A DNA stretch of 64,000 nt from Alphaproteobacteria bacterium (GCA_017935485.1 JAGBHO010000054.1:67126-131125); one strand, 5' to 3'; shown: positions 8,090 through 18,048, counted from the first letter of the stretch. Notes: generated by a model not told the origin, from the sequence alone. Translations and numbers: made by a program.

Positions 8090-9382
8090 TTATTTTACCT
8101 TTTGCAGTTTGGCAATAAAGAAAGAATCGGCGCCTCCTTGTGCCGAAAGGTGATAAGGCAGTGTACGGACAAAGCCCTGCGGCGTAAACATGTCATCGGG
8201 CAATTGTCCGGGGTAAAGCGAAAAATCGTCGGGAGAAAGCGGAATAATGCGGAATTCGGCATGCTGTTGCAAAAAGGCGGCTATTTGGCGTTCGCCTTCG
8301 CTTTTGGCAATGGAACAAGTGCAATAAACCAGTTCTCCGCCGGTTTTTATCACTTTGGAAATTTTTTCAAGAATTTGTTTTTGCAATGCGGCCATTTTTT
8401 GAATATCCGCGGCTTTTTTGATGTGTACGATTTCCGGATGGCGGCGCAGGGTTCCGGTTGCCGAACAGGGCGCATCCAGCAAAACGGCATCGTAAATTTC
8501 GGCCGTGTTTTCCAAATAAGACAAGGCGTCGGCACAAATAATCCGAGGCTGCGGGAGTTGCAGGCGCCGGATGTTCTCGCTCAGCGTTTTAAGGCGGTCC
8601 TCCGAAATGTCAAGAGAGATAACTTGCGCACCGGCCGCAAGCAATTGTGCGGTTTTTCCGCCGGGGGCGGCGCAAAGATCAAGAATGTTTTTGTTTTGCG
8701 GTTCGGTTAAAGCCATGGCGGCCAGAGAAGCGGAGAAATCCTGTACCCACCAGCAGCCTTCTTTGTATCCGGAAAGTTTTTCGATTTTTCCTGTATTTTC
8801 CAGACGGACAGAGCCGTTGGGCAGCAGAATGCCGCCGAGTTTTTCCGCCCAGATTTCGGGATTGTTTTTTACCGTCAAGTCAAGCGGGGCTTCATTGGCG
8901 GTGGCAGTTTCAATGAGGGAGACCTGTTCCCGCGAATAATCTTTTTGCAGAAGTTTGCGAAAGCTTTCGGGAAAGAAAATGCCGTTGTCGGCGCTTAACA
9001 GTTCGTCTTTGGCCATGGCGATTTTGCGCAGAACCGCATTGACAAAGCCGGCAACATATTTGTCGTTTTGTTTTTTGACCAAACTGACATAGCTGTTGAG
9101 GACAGCGTAATCCGGCGTTTCTAAAAATAAAATTTCGGCGGCGGCAAGAATCAAAGCATAGCGGGCAAAAGCATGTTTGTCCGGCAGTTTTTTGGCGGCA
9201 AAAGCGGAAATGACCTTTTGCAGAAAGACCAGGCGGCGCAATGCCGTGAGAATCAGCATATTTAAAAAGGCCTGTTCTTTTTGGGCGGTAAAGGCTTCTT
9301 CTTTTTTTATCTCATTGAAAAAGCGTTTGTTTTCCAAAATATTTTGCAAAGTCTCAACGGCCAGACGGCGGGGGTCATTCAT
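8090..9382 (-). CDS. rsmB: 16S rRNA m5C967 methyltransferase
   Basis: 430 aa with a NusB-like N-domain, the SAM motif DLCAAPGGKT, and catalytic Cys motifs DAPCSATG and YCTCS. Confidence 0.92.
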   Translation of the reverse strand: MNDPRRLAVETLQNILENKRFFNEIKKEEAFTAQKEQAFLNMLILTALRRLVFLQKVISAFAAKKLPDKHAFARYALILAAAEILFLETPDYAVLNSYVSLVKKQNDKYVAGFVNAVLRKIAMAKDELLSADNGIFFPESFRKLLQKDYSREQVSLIETATANEAPLDLTVKNNPEIWAEKLGGILLPNGSVRLENTGKIEKLSGYKEGCWWVQDFSASLAAMALTEPQNKNILDLCAAPGGKTAQLLAAGAQVISLDISEDRLKTLSENIRRLQLPQPRIICADALSYLENTAEIYDAVLLDAPCSATGTLRRHPEIVHIKKAADIQKMAALQKQILEKISKVIKTGGELVYCTCSIAKSEGERQIAAFLQQHAEFRIIPLSPDDFSLYPGQLPDDMFTPQGFVRTLPYHLSAQGGADSFFIAKLQKVK

Positions 9383-9528
9383 ATTTTTTCCCTTTAGGTG
9401 AATTATCGGGCATTATTTTAGTGAGATTCCGCCATAATTACAAGTGTGAAATTTTTATTTTGGACTCTTGTTTTTTGAAAGAAATTATTATAACCTGAGC
9501 AAAGCTTTGTTTTTTGAGGAATGATAAA

Positions 9529-9963
9529 ATGAGAAAAACACTTTTGACTTTGCTGGCGGCAGTGATGATGACCGGCGGCTGTTCGTATTTTTCGTGGATG
9601 AACCCGTGGGCTGACGACAAAAAGCCGGCGGCGGCCGAGGAACTGCCGGTGAATGAGTTTTTATGGCGCGCCGCGCTGGAGAGGATGAGTTTTACGCCGC
9701 TGAAGACGGAGAATCCGTCCAAAGGGCTGATTGTGACCGATTGGTTCAGAATGGAAGGCTATCCGCGGGAACTGTTTATGGTCAAAGTTCAGGTGTTGAC
9801 AAAAGAACTGCGCAGCAACGGTATTAAAGTCAGTGTTGAAAAAAGAGTGCTGAAAGACGGAAAGTGGTATGACGTTGAAGCCGGCAGCCGACTGCAAAGC
9901 GCAATGGAAGACAGAATTCTCCTGAAAGCTCGGGAGTTATACAGAGCAAGTTTGTACAAGTAG
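9529..9963 (+). CDS. DUF3576 lipoprotein
   Basis: ATG at 9529 (the track ORF starts at TTG 9514). Lipobox MMTGGC; FLWRAALERMSF..IVTDWF is typical of the alphaproteobacterial DUF3576 found upstream of leuS. Confidence 0.8.
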   Translation: MRKTLLTLLAAVMMTGGCSYFSWMNPWADDKKPAAAEELPVNEFLWRAALERMSFTPLKTENPSKGLIVTDWFRMEGYPRELFMVKVQVLTKELRSNGIKVSVEKRVLKDGKWYDVEAGSRLQSAMEDRILLKARELYRASLYK

Positions 9964-9986
9964 TTTTGATTTGATTGAGAGAGATT

Positions 9987-12464
9987 ATGACTGACAGATA
10001 TAACGGAAAAGGCTCTTTTGAGGAATGGGCCAAAGAATGGGCGATGGAAGACCGCTATAATTTTAAGACAATTGAGAAAAAATGGCAAAGCATCTGGGAT
10101 GAAGAAAAAGCCTATAAGGTTGATATTGATAAGAACAAAGAAAAATATTATGTTCTGGTTGAGTTTCCGTATCCGTCGGGCGCCGGCCTGCACGTGGGAC
10201 ATCCGCGCTCTTATACCGCTTTGGACGTGGTTGCCCGCAAAAAAAGAATGCAGGGTTTTAATGTTTTGTATCCGATGGGTTTTGACGCATTCGGTCTGCC
10301 GGCGGAAAATTATGCCATTAAGACCGGCGTGCATCCCGCCGTTTCGACCAAGGCCAATATTGAAAACTTTACCCGCCAGCTGAAATCAATCGGGTTCAGC
10401 TTTGACTGGGACAGAGCTTTTAATACCTGTGATCCGGAATATTACAAATGGACACAGTGGATGTTTATCAAGCTCTTTGAAAAAGGTCTGGCTTATAAAA
10501 GCAAGATGGCAATCAATTGGTGTCCGTCCTGCAAGGTCGGTCTGGCCAACGAAGAAGTTGTCAACGGCTGCTGCGAACGCTGCGGAGCGCAGGTTGTGCG
10601 CAAGGATAAAGAACAATGGATGGTGGCTATTACAAAATATGCCGATCGTTTGATTAACGATTTGGATGATCTGGATTTTATTGAGCGGGTTAAAGCGCAG
10701 CAGGTTAACTGGATCGGCCGTTCGGAAGGTGCGGAACTTGATTTTGATTTGACCGATGCGCAGGGGAATCCTCTGGACGGTAAAAAGCTCAAAGTCTTTA
10801 CCACGCGTCCGGATACGGCTTTCGGCGTTACTTATATGGTTATGGCGCCGGAACATGAATTTGTAACCGCATTAATGCCGCGATTTGAAAATCCGTCAGA
10901 AGTTCAGGCTTATGTTGAGGCCACGGCTAAAAAGTCTGAGTTGCAGCGAACAATGGATGACAGCAAGACCGGCGTTGAGCTTAAAGGCATTAAGGCCAGA
11001 AATCCTTTTAACGGCGCTTTGATTCCGGTGTTTATTTCCGATTATGTCCTGACCGGATACGGTACGGGTGCGATTATGGCGGTGCCGGCACATGACCAGC
11101 GTGACTATGATTTTGCCAAGGCGTTTAATTTGCCGATTATTCAGGTTTTGGCCGGCGGCGATATTTCCGAAAAAGCCTGGGAAGAAGACGGCGAGCATAT
11201 CAATTCAGGTTTTATGGACGGTATGAACAAAGAAGACGCCATGAAAGCTGCCGTTGAATTTGCCGAGAAAGGCGGGTTCGGAAAATCAAAAGTCAATTTC
11301 AAACTGCGTGACTGGGTGTTCTCCCGCCAGCGTTACTGGGGCGAACCGATACCGATGGTTTATTGCGAGCATTGCGGCTGGCAGCCGGTGCCGGAAGACC
11401 AGCTGCCGCTGACTTTGCCGGAGGTTCCCGATTACCTGCCGAATGATAACGGCGACTCTCCTTTGGCCAAGGCAACAGACTGGGTGAATACGACTTGTCC
11501 GAAATGCGGTGCCCATGCCCGCAGAGAAACGGACGTTATGCCGAACTGGGCCGGATCTTCATGGTATTTTCTGCGTTATTGCGATCCGCATAATGACAAG
11601 GCGTTTGCTTCCAAAGAAGCTTTGGATTATTGGATGAACGTTGACTGGTATAACGGTGGTATGGAACATACGACGCTGCACCTGCTGTATTCGCGTTTTT
11701 GGCACAAATTCCTTTATGACTGTGGTTATGTGCCGATGAAAGAGCCTTATCAGCGCCGGACGTCGCATGGTATGATTTTGGCCGAGAACGGTGAGAAAAT
11801 GTCAAAATCACGCGGCAACGTAATTAATCCGGATGATATTGTCAACAATTACGGCGCAGACAGTTTTCGTCTTTATGAAATGTTTATCGGGCCGTTTGAC
11901 CAAGTGGCAATGTGGTCGGAAGACAGTCTGAACGGCGTGTACCGTTTTGTCGGCAAGATTTATAATCTGTTCAGAAAAGTTACCAAAAATGCCAAGGCGT
12001 CGGCCAAAGATATTCAGATAATGCACAAAACCATTCTTGAAGTAACCGAGAGAATCGATCAGATGAAGTTTAATACGGCGGTTTCTTCTTTGATGACTTA
12101 TGTCAACCATTTGTCTTCTTTGGATGAGATTGCGCCTGAGCTTTATGAAAATCTTTTGCTTTTGATGTGTCCGTTTACACCGCATCTGGCTGAAGAAATG
12201 TGGGCGCGTATGGGGCACACAACTTTGGCTATTAAAGAACCGTGGCCGAAAGGTGATGCCAAACTGGCGGAAGAAAATACCGTGACTTATGCTGTTCAGA
12301 TTTGCGGCAAAATGCGCGGTACGATTGACCTGCCGAAAGATGCCCCGAGAGAAGAAGTTGAAAAGGCGGCTCTCTCTCTTGAAAACGTTAAGCGGCAGCT
12401 TGAAGGCAAGGAGATTAGAAAGGTTATAGTGGTGCCCAACAAAATTATCAACCTTGTCGCGTAA
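9987..12464 (+). CDS. leuS: leucyl-tRNA synthetase
   Basis: HVGH (HIGH-class) and KMSKS motifs. The alternative start ATG 10044 (MEDRYNFKTIEKKWQSIW) matches the usual LeuS N-terminus better. Confidence 0.95.
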   Translation: MTDRYNGKGSFEEWAKEWAMEDRYNFKTIEKKWQSIWDEEKAYKVDIDKNKEKYYVLVEFPYPSGAGLHVGHPRSYTALDVVARKKRMQGFNVLYPMGFDAFGLPAENYAIKTGVHPAVSTKANIENFTRQLKSIGFSFDWDRAFNTCDPEYYKWTQWMFIKLFEKGLAYKSKMAINWCPSCKVGLANEEVVNGCCERCGAQVVRKDKEQWMVAITKYADRLINDLDDLDFIERVKAQQVNWIGRSEGAELDFDLTDAQGNPLDGKKLKVFTTRPDTAFGVTYMVMAPEHEFVTALMPRFENPSEVQAYVEATAKKSELQRTMDDSKTGVELKGIKARNPFNGALIPVFISDYVLTGYGTGAIMAVPAHDQRDYDFAKAFNLPIIQVLAGGDISEKAWEEDGEHINSGFMDGMNKEDAMKAAVEFAEKGGFGKSKVNFKLRDWVFSRQRYWGEPIPMVYCEHCGWQPVPEDQLPLTLPEVPDYLPNDNGDSPLAKATDWVNTTCPKCGAHARRETDVMPNWAGSSWYFLRYCDPHNDKAFASKEALDYWMNVDWYNGGMEHTTLHLLYSRFWHKFLYDCGYVPMKEPYQRRTSHGMILAENGEKMSKSRGNVINPDDIVNNYGADSFRLYEMFIGPFDQVAMWSEDSLNGVYRFVGKIYNLFRKVTKNAKASAKDIQIMHKTILEVTERIDQMKFNTAVSSLMTYVNHLSSLDEIAPELYENLLLLMCPFTPHLAEEMWARMGHTTLAIKEPWPKGDAKLAEENTVTYAVQICGKMRGTIDLPKDAPREEVEKAALSLENVKRQLEGKEIRKVIVVPNKIINLVA

Positions 12465-12588
12465 AAACTGCGTATAAAGGCCGACTAATACAGATTTAGC
12501 GGGATGGAGAAATGCTCATGTACTATTTTGTACACTCCGCTTTCTCCACCCTAAAATCTTATTATTCGGCTCATTCTCCGCAGTTTTT
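12464..12588 (+). repeat. nested-palindrome element unit B1 (full unit)
   Basis: Differs from A1 at one position that I can see (tataaagg versus tataatgg). Starts at the last A of the leuS TAA. Confidence 0.9.
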
Positions 12589-12613
12589 ATAAAAACCGCG
12601 CTCTGTGGTCACC

Positions 12614-12690
12614 TAATACAGAAAAAGAAAATCCGGCTAAGTCATGTACCACCACGTACACTCCTGTCGCCGGATTTCCTTTTTCTTCTT
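12614..12690 (+). repeat. nested-palindrome element unit B2 (inner unit)
   Basis: Same middle stem as A2 (aaaatccggc/gccggattt) but with the canonical core ctaagtcatgtaccaccacgtacactcctgtc. Confidence 0.88.
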
Positions 12691-12777
12691 TTGGGGCTTT
12701 TGCGTAAAAAATTATGGACTTGCTGCGGAAATGCGGTTAAATTCATTGTAAGTGGTTTTTTTATAAAAAGGACGAAT

Positions 12778-13326
12778 ATGAAGAAAGTAATCGGCGGATT
12801 TTTAGCCTTGTTTTGTGTATCAGCCTGTGGTTTTGAGCCTTTATATGCGCAGAGGGAAGATACTTCGGGATGGTATTTCAGCGGAAATTTTGATACCTCG
12901 GTAACGTCGGAAATGGCAAAAGTCAAAGTTGAGCCGATTGCCGAGCGTTTTGGGCAGGAAATCCGGAATGAGCTGTTGGATTTGATTACGCCGAGAGGAA
13001 TGCCGGATAAGCCTCAGTATCGTTTATATGTGACATTGCGCGATAAAGAAGTTGTTCAACAGGCTTTGCGGCGGGACATTACGGCAACGCGCGAGAGGGT
13101 TCGTTATTCGGTTGTTTATGAATTGGTTTCTTCTCAAAACAATGAAACGCTTGTTCACGGTGACAGCGTGTCTTTTGTGAGTTATGATATTCTGGCTAAC
13201 CCTTATTCGACGACGATGGCGCAGAAAAAAACGCAATCCGATGCCGCCAAGATTATTGCCAATGACATTGCTTTGCGTTTGGGGGCCTATTTTCACCGGG
13301 AACTCGGAATGCGGGGGAATTATTAG
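12778..13326 (+). CDS. lptE: LPS assembly lipoprotein LptE
   Basis: ATG at 12778 with lipobox LFCVSAC. The position between leuS and holA is conserved. The upstream part of track ORF 12691 overlaps repeat B2. Confidence 0.85.
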   Translation: MKKVIGGFLALFCVSACGFEPLYAQREDTSGWYFSGNFDTSVTSEMAKVKVEPIAERFGQEIRNELLDLITPRGMPDKPQYRLYVTLRDKEVVQQALRRDITATRERVRYSVVYELVSSQNNETLVHGDSVSFVSYDILANPYSTTMAQKKTQSDAAKIIANDIALRLGAYFHRELGMRGNY

Positions 13327-14354
13327 TGATTTATAAGCAGGCGCAAATAGAAAAATTCTGTAAGAAACCCGAAGATAATATTAAATGTTTTTTGGTTTAC
13401 GGCAGCAATGAAGGGTTGCAGGCCGAATATGTCAAGAATCTGACCAAATGCATCAGTCCGGATATTTATGACCCTTTTCAGGTGGTTTATTTTAATTGTT
13501 CAGACGTTCTTTCTGATATCGGGGCTTTGACGGCGGAATATTCCAGCCAGTCGCTGATGGGCGGCCGGCGCGTGATTGTGATTAAAGATGCCGACAACAA
13601 TCTGACCAAGCATTTGAAGACATTGTTGGACAGTTCGGTTTCGGATACGCTGATTATTGTTTCTTCCGGCACTCTGAACAAGAAATCTTCTTTGGTGGCA
13701 TTGGGCGAATCGCGTGAAGATATGGGGGTTATTGCCTGTTATGATGACCGTGACGAAGATGTTTTTGCGACTGTGCGCGGCAAACTGGGAGAAAACGGCT
13801 ATAGTATCGGCAATGAGGCTTTGCAGCTTTTGTGTTCACGCCTTTCCAATGACCGAAAGACTAATTTGGGCGAGATTGAAAAGCTGATTACCTATATGGG
13901 AGAGAAAAAGGCAGTTGGCAGTGAAGACGTTGCGGCCGTAGTTTCTGATGCTTCGGCTTCCAGCAGTGACGATGTCTGCTATTTTACGGCCGGCGGCGAT
14001 AAGGACAAGGCGCTCAGGGCTTATCAGAAAATGATTAACGAAGGAAATGAGCCAATCTCTATCGTCCGGACGCTGACGTATCATTTTAACAAAATTCTGA
14101 CGGCGCTTTCTTATATGGAAAACGGCGACAGCACTGAACGGGCAATGGGGCGGCTGATTCCCCGCATTATCTTTTTCAGGGAGGGAAGTTTTAAGCGCCA
14201 GCTCAATATCTGGAACAAAAATAACGTGCTGGGTGTTATTGAACTGTTGTACAAGTGTGAGCGGGACTGTAAAACGACGAATATGCCGGTGGAGGAGATT
14301 GTCAGTTATACATTAATGCAGATTTCTTCCAAAGCGGCGCGATTAATCCGCTAG
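13326..14354 (+). CDS. holA: DNA polymerase III delta subunit
   Basis: 342 aa. The GTG start overlaps the lptE stop by 1 nt, in the leuS-lptE-holA synteny. Confidence 0.85.
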   Translation: MIYKQAQIEKFCKKPEDNIKCFLVYGSNEGLQAEYVKNLTKCISPDIYDPFQVVYFNCSDVLSDIGALTAEYSSQSLMGGRRVIVIKDADNNLTKHLKTLLDSSVSDTLIIVSSGTLNKKSSLVALGESREDMGVIACYDDRDEDVFATVRGKLGENGYSIGNEALQLLCSRLSNDRKTNLGEIEKLITYMGEKKAVGSEDVAAVVSDASASSSDDVCYFTAGGDKDKALRAYQKMINEGNEPISIVRTLTYHFNKILTALSYMENGDSTERAMGRLIPRIIFFREGSFKRQLNIWNKNNVLGVIELLYKCERDCKTTNMPVEEIVSYTLMQISSKAARLIR

Positions 14355-14418
14355 GGTTTAAATTTTATATATTTGGTATATATAAATTATCATTAGTTTT
14401 GTATTACAGGGAAAGCGA

Positions 14419-14916
14419 ATGAAGGAATTTTGGAACAAGTGGAAACTGTTTTTTGAGCGGAAACTTATTATGCCGATGAAGCGGCGGCATAAGGATCCCC
14501 GCTATGTGGCTCGGGCAACAATGGTCGGGTTGGGCGGTTCTTTTATTCCTTTTCCGGTGCAAATGCCTTTTGTGTTTATTATCTGGGTTATCGGCAGGCG
14601 ATTGAAATGGCGTTTCAGTTTGGTTATCGGGCTGGCTTGGACTTTTGTTTCCAATACTTTTACAAACCTTCCCATTATGTATATGTTTTATCTGACCGGA
14701 AATAAGATGCGCGGGTTGGAAAGCAATATGAGTTATGGTTATATTGTCTCAAAATTTGATGACGGGCTGTTGCACGGGCTGAAGGATATGGTAACGGAAT
14801 ACGGTTACAGTATTGTTGTCGGCAGCGTGCCGTATATTATTGTTTTTGGTTTTTTGGGATATTTTCTGGGATATTATGTTTCTGTGTATCATCGGCAGAA
14901 AAAAGAGAATGTTTAA
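14419..14916 (+). CDS. DUF2062 membrane protein
   Basis: 165 aa with a basic N-terminus followed by three TM segments. The GLGGSFIPFPVQ...ISNTFTNLP pattern resembles DUF2062. Confidence 0.65.
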   Translation: MKEFWNKWKLFFERKLIMPMKRRHKDPRYVARATMVGLGGSFIPFPVQMPFVFIIWVIGRRLKWRFSLVIGLAWTFVSNTFTNLPIMYMFYLTGNKMRGLESNMSYGYIVSKFDDGLLHGLKDMVTEYGYSIVVGSVPYIIVFGFLGYFLGYYVSVYHRQKKENV

Positions 14917-15977
14917 GAACGGTAGAAAATATCGAGAAGCAATGCTGTTTTTCTGATGATAAATGCACAAAAGACGGAGAGAAGATAAAAGATTATGGCG
15001 AAAAGGGCAAAGGTTGTCAGCGTGGGCAGCCATTTTGCCGTTAAATAGGGTTCTGTATATAAGGTTTTTATTCCGGCAGACAAGAAAATCAACAAATGTA
15101 TTATAATCAAAAAATAAAGGATTTTGATTAACGGACGGAAAATGTATTTTTTTATGCTGCCATCAGGTTTGTTTTTGATGAATTTGAGAAGTTGTTTTTT
15201 TTGATAAGATTCAAAGATGTCTCTGAAATAAAGGATGAAGTTTATACTGATAATTGTGAGGATTAGAAAGTTTAAAAATGCGTTTGCGCTGAAAAACGGT
15301 GTGGCAAAAGTGATGTCGGAAATAAAATCGTTAAAGGCGTCAGGGGTATCGATTACGGGAATTGAGAGATAGAAAACACTTTGATAAAAACAAATGAAAA
15401 TTACGGCAAGTCCAAAAATACCGATGAGCCGGCTGATATATATTTGGTCAACAAATTTTCTGACGGATAAGAGTTTGGTTTCTTCCTCATTCGGTATTTT
15501 TTGCAATGTTCCGATGTGTGCGAGAATGAAAAACTTATTGAAGAAAGTTTTTTTGATTTTTTTTATTGCGGATATTTTTTGTTCTGAGTTTTTTTCGGCA
15601 TTTTTCAGAGCTTTGTTTATTATCGGATAGATGCGAAAAGTTGAAAGCATTTGCGCCAGACAATAAGGGGTCAGCAGGGAATGGTTCCATGAAAAGAATG
15701 CCATGGCATATACAGGAAGTAGCAGGATTAATATTGTGACTGCGTCAGGATGTTTCTGATGTAATGCCATACCGGCAAAAAAACTTAAATAAGCAAGGAT
15801 GGCGAGACATGTTATTTTAAAAAACAGTCCGCAACTTTGTTTGTTTTCTTCTTTGGTTAAGAAATTTTTTAATGGGTTTCCTGAAGACAAATGATCGGAA
15901 ATTTTTAAATTAGGAACCTTTTTTTTAATTTGTTCAAAGTTTTCCGGCAACAAATCATAAGCAGAAATATTATTCAT
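14913..15977 (-). CDS. polytopic membrane protein, function unknown (A+T-rich)
   Basis: ATG at 15977 (MNNISAYDLL) overlaps the upstream stop by 8 nt (ATGAATAA), with an AAGGA SD. The track ORF extends to 16076 inside the neighbour. Confidence 0.6.
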   Translation of the reverse strand: MNNISAYDLLPENFEQIKKKVPNLKISDHLSSGNPLKNFLTKEENKQSCGLFFKITCLAILAYLSFFAGMALHQKHPDAVTILILLLPVYAMAFFSWNHSLLTPYCLAQMLSTFRIYPIINKALKNAEKNSEQKISAIKKIKKTFFNKFFILAHIGTLQKIPNEEETKLLSVRKFVDQIYISRLIGIFGLAVIFICFYQSVFYLSIPVIDTPDAFNDFISDITFATPFFSANAFLNFLILTIISINFILYFRDIFESYQKKQLLKFIKNKPDGSIKKYIFRPLIKILYFLIIIHLLIFLSAGIKTLYTEPYLTAKWLPTLTTFALFAIIFYLLSVFCAFIIRKTALLLDIFYRS

Positions 15978-16938
15978 TGTGTTTTCCTTTATTTTTTGTT
16001 TCAGAAACATTGACGGCAAAAACCCGGTTGTACAGTTTGATATACAAGGTGGAAGGGTTATGACGACTGTCAGCACTTAAATGAATGATTTGTTCCGGAT
16101 GTTTGGTGTCGGGTGAAATGGCGAATTTTTGCGGATAAGGAGGACAGCCTTCATAGAAGCCTTTTCGTTTTTTTAATGTTTCTGGAATAGGCTGGTTTTG
16201 TTTGAAGTCGGATTTATTCGGATAATCGTCAATAAAATGAAAATAATTGATGCCGCAACAGGTGAATTTGTCTTTTTGCGGACAAAAGCTTAAAATAGAA
16301 ATTGTAAAAAGGGCTTTGTTGTCTTTAAGACGTGCGGTTTCGTATCCTGTAGCAAAAATTTTATATTCTTTTTTATTTTTTGTGATGAGGAAGTCTGTTG
16401 ACATCATCGGGCGCAGGCAGGGATAATGCCAGTAAGAGATACTTTGCGGTGTTAAAATATTTTCAATTTCTGTGCGGCAGTGGTTTTTCTTATCCGGGAA
16501 AGAGACTTTTTGTAAGGTAAAAAATGGAAATTCCATTTGAGGAAGGTGGAGATGCAGGGTGCCGTATTTATCTGTCCGACTGAGTTTTCCGACAGGTCCG
16601 CTGTTTATTATGCCAATACTGTTCTCTTCTTTTAAAGGCTTGAATTCTGTGACATCTGCATATGAAACAGCCGTTTTTTGCGGTTGATCGGACATGGCTT
16701 GTTTTATTGTATTTCTTCTTTGAAGTTGTTGTTGGCAGTTTTGAGAAAACCGGGAGGATTGGTATTGTTTATTTACACAGTCAACAATTTTATCAAGCGG
16801 AAGATTGCTGTCACACCATAGGCGTACTGTCGGTTCAAAAATGTTTTGGTTATTATTTTTTTGTATCCGAATATATACAGCCAGAAGCAAAAGTGCCGTA
16901 ATAATAATGAAATAGCGGTGAAATTTGGTTATCCGCAC
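15970..16938 (-). CDS. membrane-anchored Cys-containing protein, function unknown (A+T-rich)
   Basis: GTG start at 16938 with an AAGGAG SD 8 nt upstream. N-terminal TM anchor FIIITALLLLAVYI. Confidence 0.65.
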   Translation of the reverse strand: MRITKFHRYFIIITALLLLAVYIRIQKNNNQNIFEPTVRLWCDSNLPLDKIVDCVNKQYQSSRFSQNCQQQLQRRNTIKQAMSDQPQKTAVSYADVTEFKPLKEENSIGIINSGPVGKLSRTDKYGTLHLHLPQMEFPFFTLQKVSFPDKKNHCRTEIENILTPQSISYWHYPCLRPMMSTDFLITKNKKEYKIFATGYETARLKDNKALFTISILSFCPQKDKFTCCGINYFHFIDDYPNKSDFKQNQPIPETLKKRKGFYEGCPPYPQKFAISPDTKHPEQIIHLSADSRHNPSTLYIKLYNRVFAVNVSETKNKGKHNE

Positions 16939-17027
16939 AGTTTTTGCTCCTTATCTTACTTTAACTTATAAGATATAGGTGTTTTATTTAAAAAACGTTA
17001 AGATTCTGATGTGTGAAAAAATGATTA

Positions 17028-17054
17028 AACCGCCGGTTGAGTTCCGGCGGTTTG
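17028..17054 (-). terminator. intrinsic terminator after the DUF378 gene
   Basis: aaaccgccgg-ttgagtt-ccggcggttt hairpin just downstream of the stop at 17059. A T-rich run follows on the minus strand. Confidence 0.6.
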
Positions 17055-17058
17055 ACTC

Positions 17059-17268
17059 TTATTTTTCTTCGATTTTAGAACGGAAGTAAGGATGGTCAAG
17101 AATAGCGATGACGGCGGAGATTCCGACCAGCATGTAAATAATCTGAGTCAAAAGGCTTGCTTCTCCGAACAGAAAAGAAACGAGGTTAAAGCTGAAAAAT
17201 CCGATTAAGCCCCAGTTTAATGCGCCGATGATTGTTAAAATCAGGGCAATTTTGCGTACGATGTCCAT
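17059..17268 (-). CDS. DUF378 small membrane protein
   Basis: 69 aa with GALNWGLIGFF, the DUF378 signature. Confidence 0.8.
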   Translation of the reverse strand: MDIVRKIALILTIIGALNWGLIGFFSFNLVSFLFGEASLLTQIIYMLVGISAVIAILDHPYFRSKIEEK

Positions 17269-17349
17269 ATTGTTTCTCCTAAAATAAAAGTTGGCATTTT
17301 ACACCAATATGATATATATGCGCTGAATGATTTTTCAACGGGAGGGGCT

Positions 17350-18048
17350 ATGTTCAGCGAAAAATTCGCCAAAGCAGTGGAAATGCTGCAAAAAGATTTT
17401 GCTTTAGAGCGTTCGATTGATGAAAAAGTTTGTATCGATCGGGACGGAAATCCGATCCCGTGGTATACTTTTCCGGCGATAGAATATTTGTCACAGTTTG
17501 ATTACGGGCAAAAACAGGTTTTTGAATACGGCTGCGGTTCTTCGTCGCATTTTTGGGCGGCGCGGGCAAAGTATGTTGTCAGCATTGAAGATAATCCGAA
17601 GTGGTTTGAAAAATGGCAGCAGGAGATGACGGAGCCGAATTTGGACGTGCGCTGGCGGGATGAAGGCGAAATTTATGAGAAAGCCATATTCGAGCAGGAC
17701 GATTTGTTTGACGTTATTGTCGTAGACGGCAAGAGACGGGCGGAATGCTGTGCCGCGGCCGTACAGAAACTGGCAGAGGGCGGGATGATTATTCTTGATG
17801 ACAGCGACCGGATTAATACCAGTCTTGAGTATCGGAAATCGGTGGCAATTTTGAAAAAAGCCGATTTGATTCAGGTTGATTTTTATGGCTTTTGCCCGAT
17901 GAATTGTTATACCAAGGCAACCAGCCTGTTTTTGCGGCGGGATTTTAATTTTGAATCAAAGCATGAGGTTCAGCCGGTTAACGGATTGGGAAATTTGTGG
18001 TCTATGAGCCGGCAGAAGAGAAAAGATTTTTACAAAAAGCTGGGATAA
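17350..18048 (+). CDS. putative class I SAM-dependent methyltransferase
   Basis: 232 aa. VFEYGCGSSS (motif I-like) and VIVVDG / MIILDDSD acidic strands. The family assignment is tentative. Confidence 0.6.
   Translation: MFSEKFAKAVEMLQKDFALERSIDEKVCIDRDGNPIPWYTFPAIEYLSQFDYGQKQVFEYGCGSSSHFWAARAKYVVSIEDNPKWFEKWQQEMTEPNLDVRWRDEGEIYEKAIFEQDDLFDVIVVDGKRRAECCAAAVQKLAEGGMIILDDSDRINTSLEYRKSVAILKKADLIQVDFYGFCPMNCYTKATSLFLRRDFNFESKHEVQPVNGLGNLWSMSRQKRKDFYKKLG

Noticed and set aside
7871-8710. 279-aa plus-strand ORF, and similar long shadow ORFs at 586..1053, 9789..10334, 34997..35536, 46414..46980, 54841..55455 and 61174..61752
   Set aside because: Each lies antisense to a gene with clear family motifs (rsmB, leuS, the MlaE-like permease, ftsK, the nucleotidyltransferase, addA). 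None has an SD or recognisable motifs.
9987-10043. Duplicated DRYN start of leuS (MTDRYN... then MEDRYN...) as a leader peptide or attenuator
   Set aside because: It is in frame with leuS, has no stop, and no terminator or antiterminator structure follows. This is most likely just start-codon ambiguity.
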